Origin: Coleofasciculus chthonoplastes F2-STO-03
Lineage (GTDB): Bacteria > Cyanobacteriota > Cyanobacteriia > Cyanobacteriales > Coleofasciculaceae
Reading direction: 5' to 3'
NCBI GenBank assembly: GCA_040222015.1
Contig: JAVJWO010000047.1
Span: 1-64,000, forward strand
DNA length: 64,000 bases
In this document: in pieces, positions 10,480 through 21,799 of the stretch
Layout: every line of letters begins with the position of its first letter
How positions within the stretch are numbered: position 1 is the stretch's first letter
Notes under the pieces: generated by a model
The model's input: only the letters and a program-made list of their open reading frames with translations
Database searches by the model: none
What the model was told of the DNA's origin: nothing
Made by a program: the position numbers and the translations under genes

Positions 10480-11724
10480 TCAATTATAAGCAGGTAATTT
10501 AATTTCTGTCAACTTCCCCGAATAAGAAATATAACGCGGCAATTCGACGCGAAAAATTGACCCTTCTCCCACTTGACTTTCTACCGTAATCTTGCCCTGC
10601 ATCAATTGAACTAAGGATTTAGTCATTGCCAATCCTAGCCCTGTACCGGGGTATTGACGGGCTATGGTCTGATCAACTTGGCGGAAGGCTTCAAAAATAT
10701 AGTCTAATTCGGCTTGAGACAGACCAATTCCCGTATCCTCAACGTCAATGACCAGTCGTTGCGATTCAACCTCGTATACATTGACCCCGATCGACCCGGA
10801 TTTGGTAAATTTAACCGCATTCATGAGCAGGTGTTTTAAGACCTTGTGCAAACCAGAGCGATCGTTGATAACCGAGGGATTTTCGAGTTGCATTTTTATC
10901 GATAAGTCTAACCCTTTTTGTCGTGCTAAGGGACGAAAATTATTAACAGTGGAATTGACCACTTGATCGATATTAAATTCTTCAGCATTAACGTCCAAAG
11001 CCCCTGCTTCAATTTGAGCAAAATCTAAGACTTCACTTAAGAGTGATAACAGATGTTTGCCATTTTTTAAGATACATTGTATCATCTTTAATTGTGATGA
11101 TGACAGTGATCCATGGCGTTGGAGTAGGAGCATTTGAGCAAAGCCGATAATCACATTCATCGGCGTCCGCAATTCATGGGACGTCGTTGCTAAAAACTGC
11201 GATTTAAGTTTAGAGAGTTCTTTTAATTTTAAATTTTGACGTTGAATTTGTTGCCGTTGTTGGGCTAATTCTTGATTTTGCCGGACTAACTGTTCATTCG
11301 TCTGGCGCAACTGCTGATGAGCCAGTTCCACCTGCTGTTCCGCTTGGTAGATGCGAATCGCGTTTTGCAGAATCCGTCGTAAGCTTGTCGGTGAAACCTT
11401 ATCCGGAGACAGGTAGTCTGACGCCCCAGCTTTCATCAGCGCCACGGCGACTTGCTCATTACCATGAGCGGTGATTACCACCAAGGGAATCTTGACGCCA
11501 GCCTTTCGCAAATCCTGCACCAGGCTTAATCCATCTTTGTCGGGGAGGCAGTAATCTAGAAAGACACAGTCAAATGTCTCACGGTTAATGAGAGCGATCG
11601 CGCTATTATAGTCACAGGCTTCAACATAATTGATTGACAACCCCGTGGCATCCAGAGCCTGACGCACAGCTAGGCGATCGATGTCCTCATCATCAACGAG
11701 CAGAATATTGAGCATTTCTTTCAT
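10480..11724 (-). CDS. Hybrid response regulator / sensor histidine kinase (REC-coiled coil-HisKA-HATPase)
   Basis: ILLVDD, FLDYCLP, SHELRTPM, NAVKFT, GTGLGL; likely start ATG 11724, ORF extends to 11775. Confidence 0.92.
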   Translation of the reverse strand: MKEMLNILLVDDEDIDRLAVRQALDATGLSINYVEACDYNSAIALINRETFDCVFLDYCLPDKDGLSLVQDLRKAGVKIPLVVITAHGNEQVAVALMKAGASDYLSPDKVSPTSLRRILQNAIRIYQAEQQVELAHQQLRQTNEQLVRQNQELAQQRQQIQRQNLKLKELSKLKSQFLATTSHELRTPMNVIIGFAQMLLLQRHGSLSSSQLKMIQCILKNGKHLLSLLSEVLDFAQIEAGALDVNAEEFNIDQVVNSTVNNFRPLARQKGLDLSIKMQLENPSVINDRSGLHKVLKHLLMNAVKFTKSGSIGVNVYEVESQRLVIDVEDTGIGLSQAELDYIFEAFRQVDQTIARQYPGTGLGLAMTKSLVQLMQGKITVESQVGEGSIFRVELPRYISYSGKLTEIKLPAYN

Positions 11725-12322
11725 AACCAACAGAAGTTGAGGTTTCTTCATCACCAACGTCAGCATCAAGCTCACTGGTGTATCCCAGGGAAAATGGCAA
11801 CTGGTGCGTCAATGCTATTGCCCTAACGCACAACTGACTTAATGGAGGTTGCAGCTTATTCCTGGAAGTGAGTTTGCCTAAGCTGGCATTGAAGACAGTC
11901 CAACCTTTGTCTTAGATTGTATGCTCATAGCTATGGTTTTCGTCTCAGTCCATAGGCATAATCACTGGAAAGTCTCTTGGCTGCCAAATTTTTGGCTCAA
12001 CTGAAACAGCCTAATACTATTGATAGATGTACATCTGCCACGGATCTGCCATAGTGTTGATTATCTTTATTGCCGCGTCGCACTAACGAGGGAGGAGTAA
12101 TCGATGCCGATAGCAATACTTGACTTTTTAGGCTCAAGGATGCTAAGGCAAGATTTATCCTAGTCTGACCTGACTCCAGGGTATCAGCGCGATCGGAAAG
12201 GAAGAATCACCTACTCCGGCAAGGAAGCCTCCGTTGTAATCTGTGATTCAACGCTCTGAGGAATTGCCAGTCCGTTACTTCATAGTGATTAAATCTAAGG
12301 ATGGATTAGGTTAGGCTGAATA

Positions 12323-13138
12323 ATGAAAATTCCCCAAATCCGAGAGAAGGAGTCAAACAGTCCCCCATCTCTCAATGACCAAGATCAAACGAATTTGAGT
12401 TCTGAAACATTGATGGTGAGTCCTATGCGTGTCGTCCTGATTGAAGACCATAACCTTACGCGGATGGGTTTACAAGCCGCTTTACAAGAACAGGATGGAA
12501 TTGAAGTCGTCGGAGAAGCGGCGAATGCGACTCAAGGATTGAAGCTGCTAGAAAGCCTGAAACCCGATGTCGCTATTGTGGATATCGGTTTACCGGATAT
12601 GGATGGCATTGATTTGACTCGCAAGTTCAAGAGTAGCCATGCAGATACCCAGGAGCCAGAAACAAAAGTTCTCATCTTAACCATGCATGATAGTGAAGAT
12701 GCGGTACTAGCTGCTTTTGCGGCTGGAGCCAATTCCTATTGCATGAAGGATATTGAAATTGAACAGCTTGTAGAGGCATTAACCGTAACCCAGGAAGGAA
12801 ACTCCTGGATTGATCCAGCGATTGCCAGTATTGTTTTGCGACAGGTAAAACGAGAGACATCATCTCAGGTAGAGGCGGCGAATCAAGAGCGAACTGTCAA
12901 GATTGATGGGGTAGGTCCAGAGTACGAACAAGTTATCGAAGCTTATCCCTTAACCGAACGGGAATTAGAGGTACTTGAGTTAATTGTGGCAGGAGCGAGT
13001 AATGCCACGATCGCGGAGAAGCTTTATATTACGGTAGGCACAGTAAAAACCCATGTTCGCAATATTCTGAATAAGCTCTGCGTTGATGACCGCACTCAAG
13101 CCGCTGTCCATGCACTCCGTTCTGGATTAATTACTTGA
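12323..13138 (+). CDS. NarL/LuxR-family DNA-binding response regulator
   Basis: VLIEDH, IVDIGLP, LTERELEVL...TVKTHVRNILNKL; true start may be downstream. Confidence 0.93.
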   Translation: MKIPQIREKESNSPPSLNDQDQTNLSSETLMVSPMRVVLIEDHNLTRMGLQAALQEQDGIEVVGEAANATQGLKLLESLKPDVAIVDIGLPDMDGIDLTRKFKSSHADTQEPETKVLILTMHDSEDAVLAAFAAGANSYCMKDIEIEQLVEALTVTQEGNSWIDPAIASIVLRQVKRETSSQVEAANQERTVKIDGVGPEYEQVIEAYPLTERELEVLELIVAGASNATIAEKLYITVGTVKTHVRNILNKLCVDDRTQAAVHALRSGLIT

Positions 13139-13202
13139 TATAGAGACTTTTATGGCACGTCTTGATCCAGTACCGAGGATAAGTAGGTTGGTGAAATTCA
13201 AT

Positions 13203-15260
13203 TCATGAAGAAACTTTTTCTTGTTCCTTCTTTGGATCTTTGACTTTAGCTGGTAGGTAAAAGCTAAACGTCGAGCCAACATCCACCTCACTTTCCACCG
13301 TAATATTACCGCCCATCATCTCACAGAAACGTTGGCAAATTGCCAATCCTAGACCCGTACCTCCGTACTTTTTCGTGGTAGAATCATCGGCTTGGACAAA
13401 CGGCTGAAATATCTTTGCCACCTGCTCTGGACTCATGCCAATGCCAGTATCGGAAACCGAAAAAATAACCCAATCCGAGGTTGGGTCGTCATTCCCAGCA
13501 TCAGGCATTGAAGCACTACCGAGGGTTGCCGATGAAACCACAGAGGATTCTCCATTCGCCAGTAGCATTTTAGCGTCCCGTTTCGAGTTACCATTTTCCT
13601 TATATTGACTTTCACGAGTAACCCTCAGGACAATAGTACCGTTCTCCGTGAATTTGGCAGAGTTGCTAATTAGGTTTAATAGCAACTGCTTAATCTTAGT
13701 TCGGTCAGCATGCATTGTGCCAAGGGACGCCGTGCCATGAACCTCTAGAGTATTAGTCTTTTTCTTAATTAGCGGTTGTACCGTCTTCTGAACTTCAACA
13801 ATTAAAGTAGAGATATCGAAGCTTTCCAGATAAAGGCTCATCTTCCCAGCTTCAATTTTAGAAATGTCCAGAATATCGGTGATCAGATTCAAAAGATGGA
13901 GTCCAGAGTCGTAAATCTGCTGGAGATCCGGGACAAAATCGGTATACCCTAAATCCTCGGCATCCTCCCGGAGTAACTCACTTAAGCCGAGGATACCATT
14001 CAAAGGCGTTCTTAATTCATGACTCATACTAGCAAGAAAGGCACTCTTCGCCCGATTAGCCGCTTCCGCTTCTTCTTTTGCCTGTTGGAATTCAATTTGG
14101 ACTAATTTCGCATCTGTAATATCCCGAACAATCGCTAAAACTTCCCGTTTACCACTAACCACCAACCGTGCTTCAAAATTCCGGCGATGATCCTCGACAA
14201 ACAACTCATACTCAAAAATTTGAATATCTTGAGTCTTTAACGTTCGCTCGACATACTCTAAACATAATCGAGCCACCTCTTGGGGTAAAACATCAGAGAC
14301 AGGTTGACCGACCCATGTTTCTGATGATTGTAGGTAAGACTCTCCTTTTGGGGCTTTAAAATCCAGAAAGATCCCATCTGGGCTAAACCGAAACATTAAG
14401 TCGGGAATCGCATTCAACAAAGCACTATTTTTCGCTTCACTTTTCCGCAAATCTTCAGTCTGCTGTTCCAAACTTTCGATGAGGTGTCGCAGTTGGTCGG
14501 TCATGCTATTAAAGGCACCCGCTAAAACCGCCAGTTCGTCATTGGTGTCAATCGCAATCTTCTGACTCAGATCCCCTTTCGCCAGATGCTGCGTGGCGGC
14601 GGTCATTTGCTTTAAGGGGTCGGTAATGGAACGGCTCAGAAGTAGTGCCACCAGCGTACCCACCATCGCCGCCGCCAGTCCCATGGCAATCCCTTCATTC
14701 CGCACTGCCGCCATCTTTACCTTCAGGGGGGCTGTCGATAGCCCAACACTAAGTGCCCCAAGCCGCTGACGTCCCAAAACGACGGCTTTACCCGCAAGCA
14801 GTTGGTCAGACTGCCATTTAAACACTGTTTCGTTACTTTCCACCAGTTCTTGACCTAAGGGATCAGGTTTGACCCCATAAGCTAAAACATTGCGGCTATA
14901 GGCATCCGCTAGCACCCGTCCATCTTTGTCATAAATCTGACCCGCCACTAATACTTGATCCTCGCCCAATTCTTCCATGAGTTCCTTCATAAAAGAGACA
15001 TCGAGAAAGTAGAGCGAATCTTGATTGGCGACGACTAAGGTATCCAGCAATAGGTCAGCCTGCTGTTCTAGTTCATCGCGAAAGGTTTCTTGCTGACGGC
15101 GTAGGGATAACATCGTGACGCTGGCGACCGCCACAATCACTAATGTGGTCATCGCCAACGTTATTTTGGTGGCTAGTGAACCTTTTTTTGGGTTGAATCT
15201 AGCCATTAGACTTATCTTCCTCCCCTTATTCCGATAACTGTTACTTCCTGGCTGGTACAT
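13203..15260 (-). CDS. Membrane sensor histidine kinase (TM-HAMP-PAS-HisKA-HATPase)
   Basis: Two TMs, HAMP ([13 protein letters not shown]), [15 protein letters not shown]. Confidence 0.92.
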   Translation of the reverse strand: MYQPGSNSYRNKGRKISLMARFNPKKGSLATKITLAMTTLVIVAVASVTMLSLRRQQETFRDELEQQADLLLDTLVVANQDSLYFLDVSFMKELMEELGEDQVLVAGQIYDKDGRVLADAYSRNVLAYGVKPDPLGQELVESNETVFKWQSDQLLAGKAVVLGRQRLGALSVGLSTAPLKVKMAAVRNEGIAMGLAAAMVGTLVALLLSRSITDPLKQMTAATQHLAKGDLSQKIAIDTNDELAVLAGAFNSMTDQLRHLIESLEQQTEDLRKSEAKNSALLNAIPDLMFRFSPDGIFLDFKAPKGESYLQSSETWVGQPVSDVLPQEVARLCLEYVERTLKTQDIQIFEYELFVEDHRRNFEARLVVSGKREVLAIVRDITDAKLVQIEFQQAKEEAEAANRAKSAFLASMSHELRTPLNGILGLSELLREDAEDLGYTDFVPDLQQIYDSGLHLLNLITDILDISKIEAGKMSLYLESFDISTLIVEVQKTVQPLIKKKTNTLEVHGTASLGTMHADRTKIKQLLLNLISNSAKFTENGTIVLRVTRESQYKENGNSKRDAKMLLANGESSVVSSATLGSASMPDAGNDDPTSDWVIFSVSDTGIGMSPEQVAKIFQPFVQADDSTTKKYGGTGLGLAICQRFCEMMGGNITVESEVDVGSTFSFYLPAKVKDPKKEQEKVSS

Positions 15261-15295
15261 CTGGGCAAATTGTCGTTCAGGACAGCCTCTCCCCC

Positions 15296-16243
15296 TTATT
15301 TTTTCTCAACTTGTTCATACAACTGGCGCATTTTATCGAGACTGGTTTCAACGGGAAACTGGTCAAACTTGGTAGTTTTCTCAAAGGTGGTGAGTACCTC
15401 CTTACCCTCAGGGGTCTGATCCATTTCCATTAAGACCGTCTTAATCTGTTGTACCAACTCTGGGTCCATACCGGGTCTGACGATGACCAGATGGCGAGCA
15501 ATTTTCTGAGTTTCAGCCAGAACTTTCAGCGCTTGGCGGCTTTCTGCGGGGATTTCTTCTAGGAATGAATAATCAGCCCCGCCAGCCGCGACTTCGCCAC
15601 TCAGTACCCATTGGATCGTATTTTCATCATCATTACTGTATACATATCCCACCTCATCGGCGGCGACAGCTTCATTTCGTGAGCCTTTTTCGACCATCTT
15701 CAAATCGGCGTCTAGCAGGGTATTCAGGGGTAAAAAATAGCCGGAGGTGGAGACGGGTTCCTCAAAGGCGATCATTTTTCCCTTAAGATCCGCTAAGGAG
15801 TCAATCTCGCTTTCTGCCAAGGTAAAGATCACCCCATAGTATTCACCCTTGCCATTCTTCCAGCGGCGCAGGATGGGTTCGGCTCCCGATTTATCGCTGA
15901 CAATCATCGCGGGGTAGGGACTGTCCACGTAGATATCGACTTTGCCTTCTTTGAGTAAGCTTGCCATCGTATCTAAGTCGGGGGCAACTTGTACCTCACC
16001 GACACCAATGCCAAATTTTTCTAAGCGGGCGGCTAGGTAATCCGCCATGGGTTGGAAATTCTCTAGCTTGGCAGCGGCATTTTTGTTAACGTCGGCAAGG
16101 ACAAGGGTTCCAGTAGCGGTGGATTGAGGGGTTGGCGTCGATGTTGGCGTTTGTGATAAGGTGTTCTCTTCGGTAGAACTACAACTTACGAGGGTGGTGA
16201 ACAAACCCAGCAAGACAACCTCTTTCAAAAATTTTGGCAACAT
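15296..16243 (-). CDS. PhnD/PtxB-like phosphate/phosphite/phosphonate-binding lipoprotein
   Basis: Lipobox [15 protein letters not shown]...STSGYFLP motif of this binding-protein family. Confidence 0.85.
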   Translation of the reverse strand: MLPKFLKEVVLLGLFTTLVSCSSTEENTLSQTPTSTPTPQSTATGTLVLADVNKNAAAKLENFQPMADYLAARLEKFGIGVGEVQVAPDLDTMASLLKEGKVDIYVDSPYPAMIVSDKSGAEPILRRWKNGKGEYYGVIFTLAESEIDSLADLKGKMIAFEEPVSTSGYFLPLNTLLDADLKMVEKGSRNEAVAADEVGYVYSNDDENTIQWVLSGEVAAGGADYSFLEEIPAESRQALKVLAETQKIARHLVIVRPGMDPELVQQIKTVLMEMDQTPEGKEVLTTFEKTTKFDQFPVETSLDKMRQLYEQVEKK

Positions 16244-16812
16244 TTGTTTAACTCTCTTTGTTTAACTCTCAATGATCACAAATTGTCGTTGATAACCGTG
16301 CAGTTGTTTCGCCTCAGTTTTTCTTGTCTGTTTAGACTCGAAAGGCTTCTCCAGTTTCCAGGTATGGGGATACCGCTTTGTCTTTAAGATTATTTTGTCA
16401 GTTTGCTTGAATACATATCAAATTTTGACAAATTTTTTCATAAAGTTTCCGTGAAGCTTTTTCGGGTTTGTGTTAAAGAGTTGATGAACTTCTCTCAAAA
16501 CTCTTTTTTATTGGCGTAAGACTATGCTAAATAAGAAGTACATAAGTAGGTAGTTTGACTCGGCTTTTCAAGTTAATTTTTGTAAACAAATTGCTCTGTC
16601 GCGCCTGGTGGTAATTGTGGATATGTAGTTCTGTCCCTGGCAAACAAACGGTGTTCATTTCGCTTAATTTATGAAGAAATGTAAAAACATCAGCCATTCT
16701 TACCCAAATCAGCGGCAATGTGGCTTGACAAAACGTAACTTCTTGGGGTGAATTATACCCACCCTCTTACTTATCGTTATCGATTGTATCCACATCAGGA
16801 GGTTCATCACCC

Positions 16813-18534
16813 ATGTCCAGGCGTCAAAATTCACTCATTCATCGAATACCCAGTATCGTTCAGTCAACGCTACAGTCAGCCGTCTTACTCGGTATTATGG
16901 CGACACCAGCCGCCGCGATTAATCTCAACCTGAAACCCATCGGTTCATTCTCGACAGGTATTTTCGCGAACAACACAGCGGAACAAACGGCGTATGATCC
17001 GATCACTCAACGGTTGTTCGTGACCAGTTCCGGTCAAAAGCAGATTAATATCCTTGATATTAGCAATCCGATGGAGCCGTCGGAGTTCACAAGCATCAAC
17101 CTGGCAAGCTATGGCTCACCCAACAGCGTCAGCTATAACAATGGTCGATTTGCTGTCTCTGTCACCAATGAGATGCCGCAAAATTCTGGTTTGGTGTTGT
17201 TCTTCGACTCAGAGGGAAATTCCATCCATGACCCGGTTTCCGTGGGTTCAGTCCCGGACTCACTCACCTTCACCCCAGATGGCACCAAGATTATTGTGGC
17301 TAACGAGGGGGAGTTGAGTGATGATTACCCAGATACTGATCCAGTGGGTTCAGTCAGTATCATTGACCTGACAACATTTAATGTAACCACGGCTAGCTTC
17401 AATAATGTTTCCCTACCGTCAAACGTTCGCCTGTTTGGACCCAACGCTGATAACCCAGCACAAAACCTGGAACCTGAATTTGTGACCGTTTCTCAGGATT
17501 CCCAAAAAGCTTATGTCACCCTACAGGAAAATAATGCGATCGCGGTGGTTGATATCGCCAGTGGTCAGGTAGAAAAAGTAATCGGGCTGGGCTTTAAGGA
17601 TTATAGCCTACCAGGAAATGCCTTAGACGCCAGCAATAAAGACGGTGGGATCAACATCGCTAATTATGACAACCTGTTCGGGATGTTCCAACCTGATGGA
17701 ATTACCTCCTATATTGTAGATGGTCAAACCTATCTGGTTACTGCCAATGAAGGTGACAGCCGGGACTTTGACTTTTTTAGTGAAGAGGCGAGGGTAGGCG
17801 ACTTACTCCTTGATCCCCAAGCTTTCCCCAACGCCGCAGAATTACAAAAGGATGAAAATCTGGGTCGTTTAAAAGTCACTAACACTCTAGGGGATACAGA
17901 CGACGATGGGGACTTTGACGAATTGTATACCTTTGGCGGACGTTCATTCTCGATTTGGGATACAGACGGCACACTCATCTTTGACAGTGGGGATGCCTTT
18001 GAACAGATTACAGCAGAGTTTCTGCCAGAGTTCTTCAACTCCAACGACGAACTCAACTTATTTGATGATCGCAGTGATGATAAAGGACCTGAACCTCAAG
18101 CGGTGACGATTGCGGAACTCTTTGGTCGCACCATTGCCTTTATTGGTTTGGAACGCATGGGTGGCATTATCAGTTATGACATCACTGATCCGTTTAATCC
18201 GTTCTTCCTCGATTATGTCAACAACCGCGACTTCTCCGTTGAATTTAACTTAAATGAAGAAGGATATCCTGATCCGACAGCCGAACAGTTAGCCGCTGTC
18301 GGTGATTTAGGGTTGGAAGGGTTGCTGTTTATTGCGGCTAACGAGAGTCCTAATGGTAATCCCTTGGTGGTTACCGCCAATGAAACCAGTGGCACCCTGA
18401 GTGTCTTTGCAGTTGAAAGTGTACCGGAACCCAGTTCTGTCTTGGGTTTGTTAATGTTTAGTTCCTTAGGCTGGGTTGGATTAAAACGCAGATGCTCCAC
18501 CAAATTCTCAAGATGGGATAATTTGAACCAATAG
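16813..18534 (+). CDS. Secreted choice-of-anchor I / alkaline-phosphatase-associated beta-propeller protein with PEP-CTERM sorting signal
   Basis: Signal peptide ending PAAA; VANEGE, LEPE, TLQENN, TANEGD, RSDDKGPEP, GLERMGG motifs; C-terminal VPEPSSVLGLL-TM-KRR. Confidence 0.85.
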   Translation: MSRRQNSLIHRIPSIVQSTLQSAVLLGIMATPAAAINLNLKPIGSFSTGIFANNTAEQTAYDPITQRLFVTSSGQKQINILDISNPMEPSEFTSINLASYGSPNSVSYNNGRFAVSVTNEMPQNSGLVLFFDSEGNSIHDPVSVGSVPDSLTFTPDGTKIIVANEGELSDDYPDTDPVGSVSIIDLTTFNVTTASFNNVSLPSNVRLFGPNADNPAQNLEPEFVTVSQDSQKAYVTLQENNAIAVVDIASGQVEKVIGLGFKDYSLPGNALDASNKDGGINIANYDNLFGMFQPDGITSYIVDGQTYLVTANEGDSRDFDFFSEEARVGDLLLDPQAFPNAAELQKDENLGRLKVTNTLGDTDDDGDFDELYTFGGRSFSIWDTDGTLIFDSGDAFEQITAEFLPEFFNSNDELNLFDDRSDDKGPEPQAVTIAELFGRTIAFIGLERMGGIISYDITDPFNPFFLDYVNNRDFSVEFNLNEEGYPDPTAEQLAAVGDLGLEGLLFIAANESPNGNPLVVTANETSGTLSVFAVESVPEPSSVLGLLMFSSLGWVGLKRRCSTKFSRWDNLNQ

Positions 18535-18568
18535 TGGTTGGGGTATGAGTCCCCCGAATTAATTTGGG

Positions 18569-18598
18569 TGTAGAGACGTAGCCGGCTACGTCTCTACA
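18569..18598. repeat. Perfect 30 bp GTAG-type REP-like palindrome
   Basis: TGTAGAGACGTAGCC|GGCTACGTCTCTACA; related elements near 5373, 9253, 43033. Confidence 0.85.
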
Positions 18599-18731
18599 TC
18601 TTCGGATAATCATAAATACTGATTTAGGCATAGTTAATTTATTTAATTGGATAGAAGCGAAGATTTACAGGAATTGATAGGCTGAACCTAATAGTGAAAC
18701 AAGACACAATAAACATTAAGGAGAGACTTCT

Positions 18732-19007
18732 ATGAATATTATTGCTTGGCTCGTATTAGGTCTAATTGCAGGCGCATTAGCGAAACTCATTTATCCCGGA
18801 CATCAAGGCGGCGGAATCTTTGCCACCATTGGCTTAGGGATTCTCGGTGCTTTAGTCGGAGGGTTTCTGGGTAAACTCTTGTTAGGCTCGTCAGGAGCCG
18901 CCGCTGCCGCTTCAGGCGCTCTCAGTATCGGTAGTATTATCTTTGCCGTTCTTGGTGCCTTGCTGCTGATCTTCATCTGGGGTTTATTCACTCAGAAATC
19001 CGCATAA
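18732..19007 (+). CDS. GlsB/YeaQ/YmgE family (transglycosylase-associated) membrane protein
   Basis: IIAWLVLGLIAGALAKLIYPG...GILGALVGG pattern; GGAG RBS. Confidence 0.9.
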   Translation: MNIIAWLVLGLIAGALAKLIYPGHQGGGIFATIGLGILGALVGGFLGKLLLGSSGAAAAASGALSIGSIIFAVLGALLLIFIWGLFTQKSA

Positions 19008-19144
19008 TAAGGCAGAAGGCAGAAGGCAGAAGACGTTAATATCTGCTTTTTGCCTGTTTTATAGGGGTAGGAGGAAAAGACACACTGCACGAATAAACTG
19101 ATGTGCAGGAAAATTAGGTAGTTGTCTATTCCTCAACCCTTACG

Positions 19145-19200
19145 AATGACGAATGACAAATGACAAATGACAAATGACAAATGACAAATGACAAATGACG
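19145..19200. repeat. Heptamer short tandem repeat (AATGAC[A/G]) x8, STRR-like
   Basis: Direct reading; lies between convergent genes. Confidence 0.9.
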
Positions 19201-19207
19201 ATCCCAC

Positions 19208-19447
19208 CTACTTATTTTGCCAAATCTGCCAAGCTGCGCCAACCGAAGCACCAACGCCCGCTAATAAACCCATTCCCATACCTTCAACCGTTTTAACCAT
19301 GGGATCTTGCAACAAGCACTCATCTGTCGGTGTCGCGATTCCTAAACACTGATTCAATTCTGCTTGAGCGGCAGTACCTCCCACAACAAGTCCAACCGCA
19401 CTACAACTCACGATAAATAGGCAAAGGCGAATGATTTTTCTATCCAT
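19208..19447 (-). CDS. Small membrane protein, hypothetical
   Basis: Two hydrophobic glycine-rich segments flanking a Cys pair. Confidence 0.7.
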   Translation of the reverse strand: MDRKIIRLCLFIVSCSAVGLVVGGTAAQAELNQCLGIATPTDECLLQDPMVKTVEGMGMGLLAGVGASVGAAWQIWQNK

Positions 19448-19497
19448 GGATAGAGATATTAGTAGATAATTTGCTCTATCCTAACCTATCCAAGGAA

Positions 19498-20847
19498 TTA
19501 TTGGAAACCTTTGGCGGCTGTCTTTTTCCGCTTACCTTTAGACTTGGATTTGTGAACCTCAGCGACAGCCGACTCAAACAGATTGTGCAAATGCAGGGGA
19601 ACGCTAGCAATTTCTGGGAGTTCCGGTTCTAGGGGTTTATGAAACTCTTGGTGAAGGGTGGGTTCTAAATCCTGCTTGAGATTAAAATCTGGACGATCTA
19701 ATACCGTTTGTAGTACCTTCTCCAGTTGAGTGGGATACTCCTCGGCTAGTTGTTGCCAGATAAACAAGTTAATCTGAGGATCATTTAAGTATTTGTGGAC
19801 TCGTTGTTCAGCATTGGGATAAGTTTGCCAGTCTTCGGATGTTAGCATCTCCTGAAACTTAGAGTAAGTGGGAAGAAACATTTGACCCCAACGGGGATGA
19901 GAAAAAACAGTAACCTGTTCAGCGTTGCGGATATCGTCTGGTAAATCTACCTTAGGCGTCACCATGGGAGAGTTGGTGGAGTTGTCCAACATATTGCTAA
20001 CCGCGTTGGCGTCTGCGCCTGCTTCCACCGCCGCTGTTTTGATGTCCTCCTCATCCGTACCTGCATCTTGGATCATGTCTTTCAGGGATTTCGATGGATC
20101 AATCCCCGCCGCCATCAAACGTTCCTGGGTCATTTTATCCCGCAGTTGAGCCAATTTTTGATTAAGCTGGTATCCAGGAAGGGTAATGCGATCGCGTCCA
20201 AAAAAGTCTACAAATGCCTGATGATAGGTAGCGACAGACTCCCAAGCCTGTTCTAATAGTTCTGATGCGTCACGGTAAAGGGCATTTTTGTAGTTGTTCT
20301 TGAATTCTCCAATGGCTACGGCTAGCTTAGGCTGACTCAAGCGCCCTTTGGAAATGATTGGACTAGAAATCATCCAGTAGGTATCGGTGACAGGGGCGAG
20401 GCGAGTGAGTAAGATTTCCCCAACCTTAAACCGCCGCATCTGGTCTATGGTAGTGGGATGAGTGGGTTTGACGGTGTAATGCTTATCCGTTAGCCAATTT
20501 TTCAGTTCAAAGCCATCGGGAAGGATGTGGGTGAGTTCAAACAAGCCGATAAAGCTATCTCGCCAGCGGTTCAGCAGCGTGCGATCGCGGGATGTTAAAT
20601 TAGGATGTCGTTCCAGGAACAGATCCAACGGCGTCTGTTTTTCCACGTCACCCTCAGTTAAGAAGGTATCAATCACCAAGTTGCGCTGGTTGATATCATA
20701 GGGTTCTCGCGTCAACTGATCAGCCGCATAGCTTTCCAAGGCGACGGCTAACTCTCCGTCTGCTTCCAGTACGAAGTCCGTTAGGGCTTGTTTCAGATCT
20801 TTGGCTTGCTCTAGAATTGCATCCACAGAGGTTTGCTCACCGCTCAA
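19498..20847 (-). CDS. Hypothetical protein
   Basis: 449 aa ORF with basic C-terminal tail ending KGFQ; no recognised catalytic motif. Confidence 0.8.
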   Translation of the reverse strand: MSGEQTSVDAILEQAKDLKQALTDFVLEADGELAVALESYAADQLTREPYDINQRNLVIDTFLTEGDVEKQTPLDLFLERHPNLTSRDRTLLNRWRDSFIGLFELTHILPDGFELKNWLTDKHYTVKPTHPTTIDQMRRFKVGEILLTRLAPVTDTYWMISSPIISKGRLSQPKLAVAIGEFKNNYKNALYRDASELLEQAWESVATYHQAFVDFFGRDRITLPGYQLNQKLAQLRDKMTQERLMAAGIDPSKSLKDMIQDAGTDEEDIKTAAVEAGADANAVSNMLDNSTNSPMVTPKVDLPDDIRNAEQVTVFSHPRWGQMFLPTYSKFQEMLTSEDWQTYPNAEQRVHKYLNDPQINLFIWQQLAEEYPTQLEKVLQTVLDRPDFNLKQDLEPTLHQEFHKPLEPELPEIASVPLHLHNLFESAVAEVHKSKSKGKRKKTAAKGFQ

Positions 20848-20953
20848 CTCTACTAGGGTACAGCAATCAAGACGTGAATGCCTCTGTTATTAGGAATAGA
20901 ATCAATTTAAGATTGATCCAGATCCAATATCTCGATTAACAAGATTGTTAATA

Positions 20954-21544
20954 ATGACTCATTCTACTGACATTGCCACATTAGCCCGTTGGATGGCGGC
21001 TGATTTTAGTAACCAACAACAGGCTTTTGACAATCCGCCCTTTTACGCCCATATCCGGGTGTTTATGCGTCCCCTCCCCGCGTCACTTCTAGATGGCGTT
21101 AGTTTGTTGGTTGAACAAGCTTATGACTATCTTCTCAACGTCCCATACCGCTTACGGGTGTTGAAATTAATGGTGGTTGGCGATCATATTGAAATTGAAA
21201 ATTACACCGTTAAAGAACCAGAAAAATTTTACGGCGCCTCTCGTGATCTCAACCGCCTGCAAACCCTAACCACCGATCAGCTAGATAAACTTCCTGGTTG
21301 TAATATGATTGTGGAATGGACAGGGAAAAGCTTTCAAGGACACGTTGAACCGGGTAAAGCCTGTAAGGTTTTTCGCAAAGGTAAAGAAACCTATCTAGAT
21401 AGTACATTTGAAATTGACGAAAATCAGTTCATCAGTTTAGACAGGGGACGTGATCCTATAACCGATGAACATATTTGGGGTTCCATTGCTGGTCCTTTTT
21501 ACTTTGTCCGATGGGCTAGTTTTGCCGATGAAGTGAAAGTTTGA
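20954..21544 (+). CDS. cpcT: CpcT/CpeT-family phycobiliprotein chromophore lyase
   Basis: MTHSTDIATLARWMAADFSNQQQAFDNPPFYAHIRV...PYRLRV...DRGRDP...WGS. Confidence 0.92.
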   Translation: MTHSTDIATLARWMAADFSNQQQAFDNPPFYAHIRVFMRPLPASLLDGVSLLVEQAYDYLLNVPYRLRVLKLMVVGDHIEIENYTVKEPEKFYGASRDLNRLQTLTTDQLDKLPGCNMIVEWTGKSFQGHVEPGKACKVFRKGKETYLDSTFEIDENQFISLDRGRDPITDEHIWGSIAGPFYFVRWASFADEVKV

Positions 21545-21799
21545 GCAACTGGTTAAATCTGATATTGAATATCGCTGATTTAAGACCTGATAAATAGCTG
21601 TAGGGGCATGGCATTGTCGTGTCCTTATAGATATCAGGTTGAACTGTATCATTTAATTTCTAAAATTAGCCGATCGCCAATCCCTCGACTACGATAGACA
21701 GTAGGATTAAGCACGCGATCGCACCAACAGATCCCAGTTTTTCGATTGTTTGACTAGCCACGCATCAAGACGCAAAAAATCACCCTTCCGGAGGATGCC

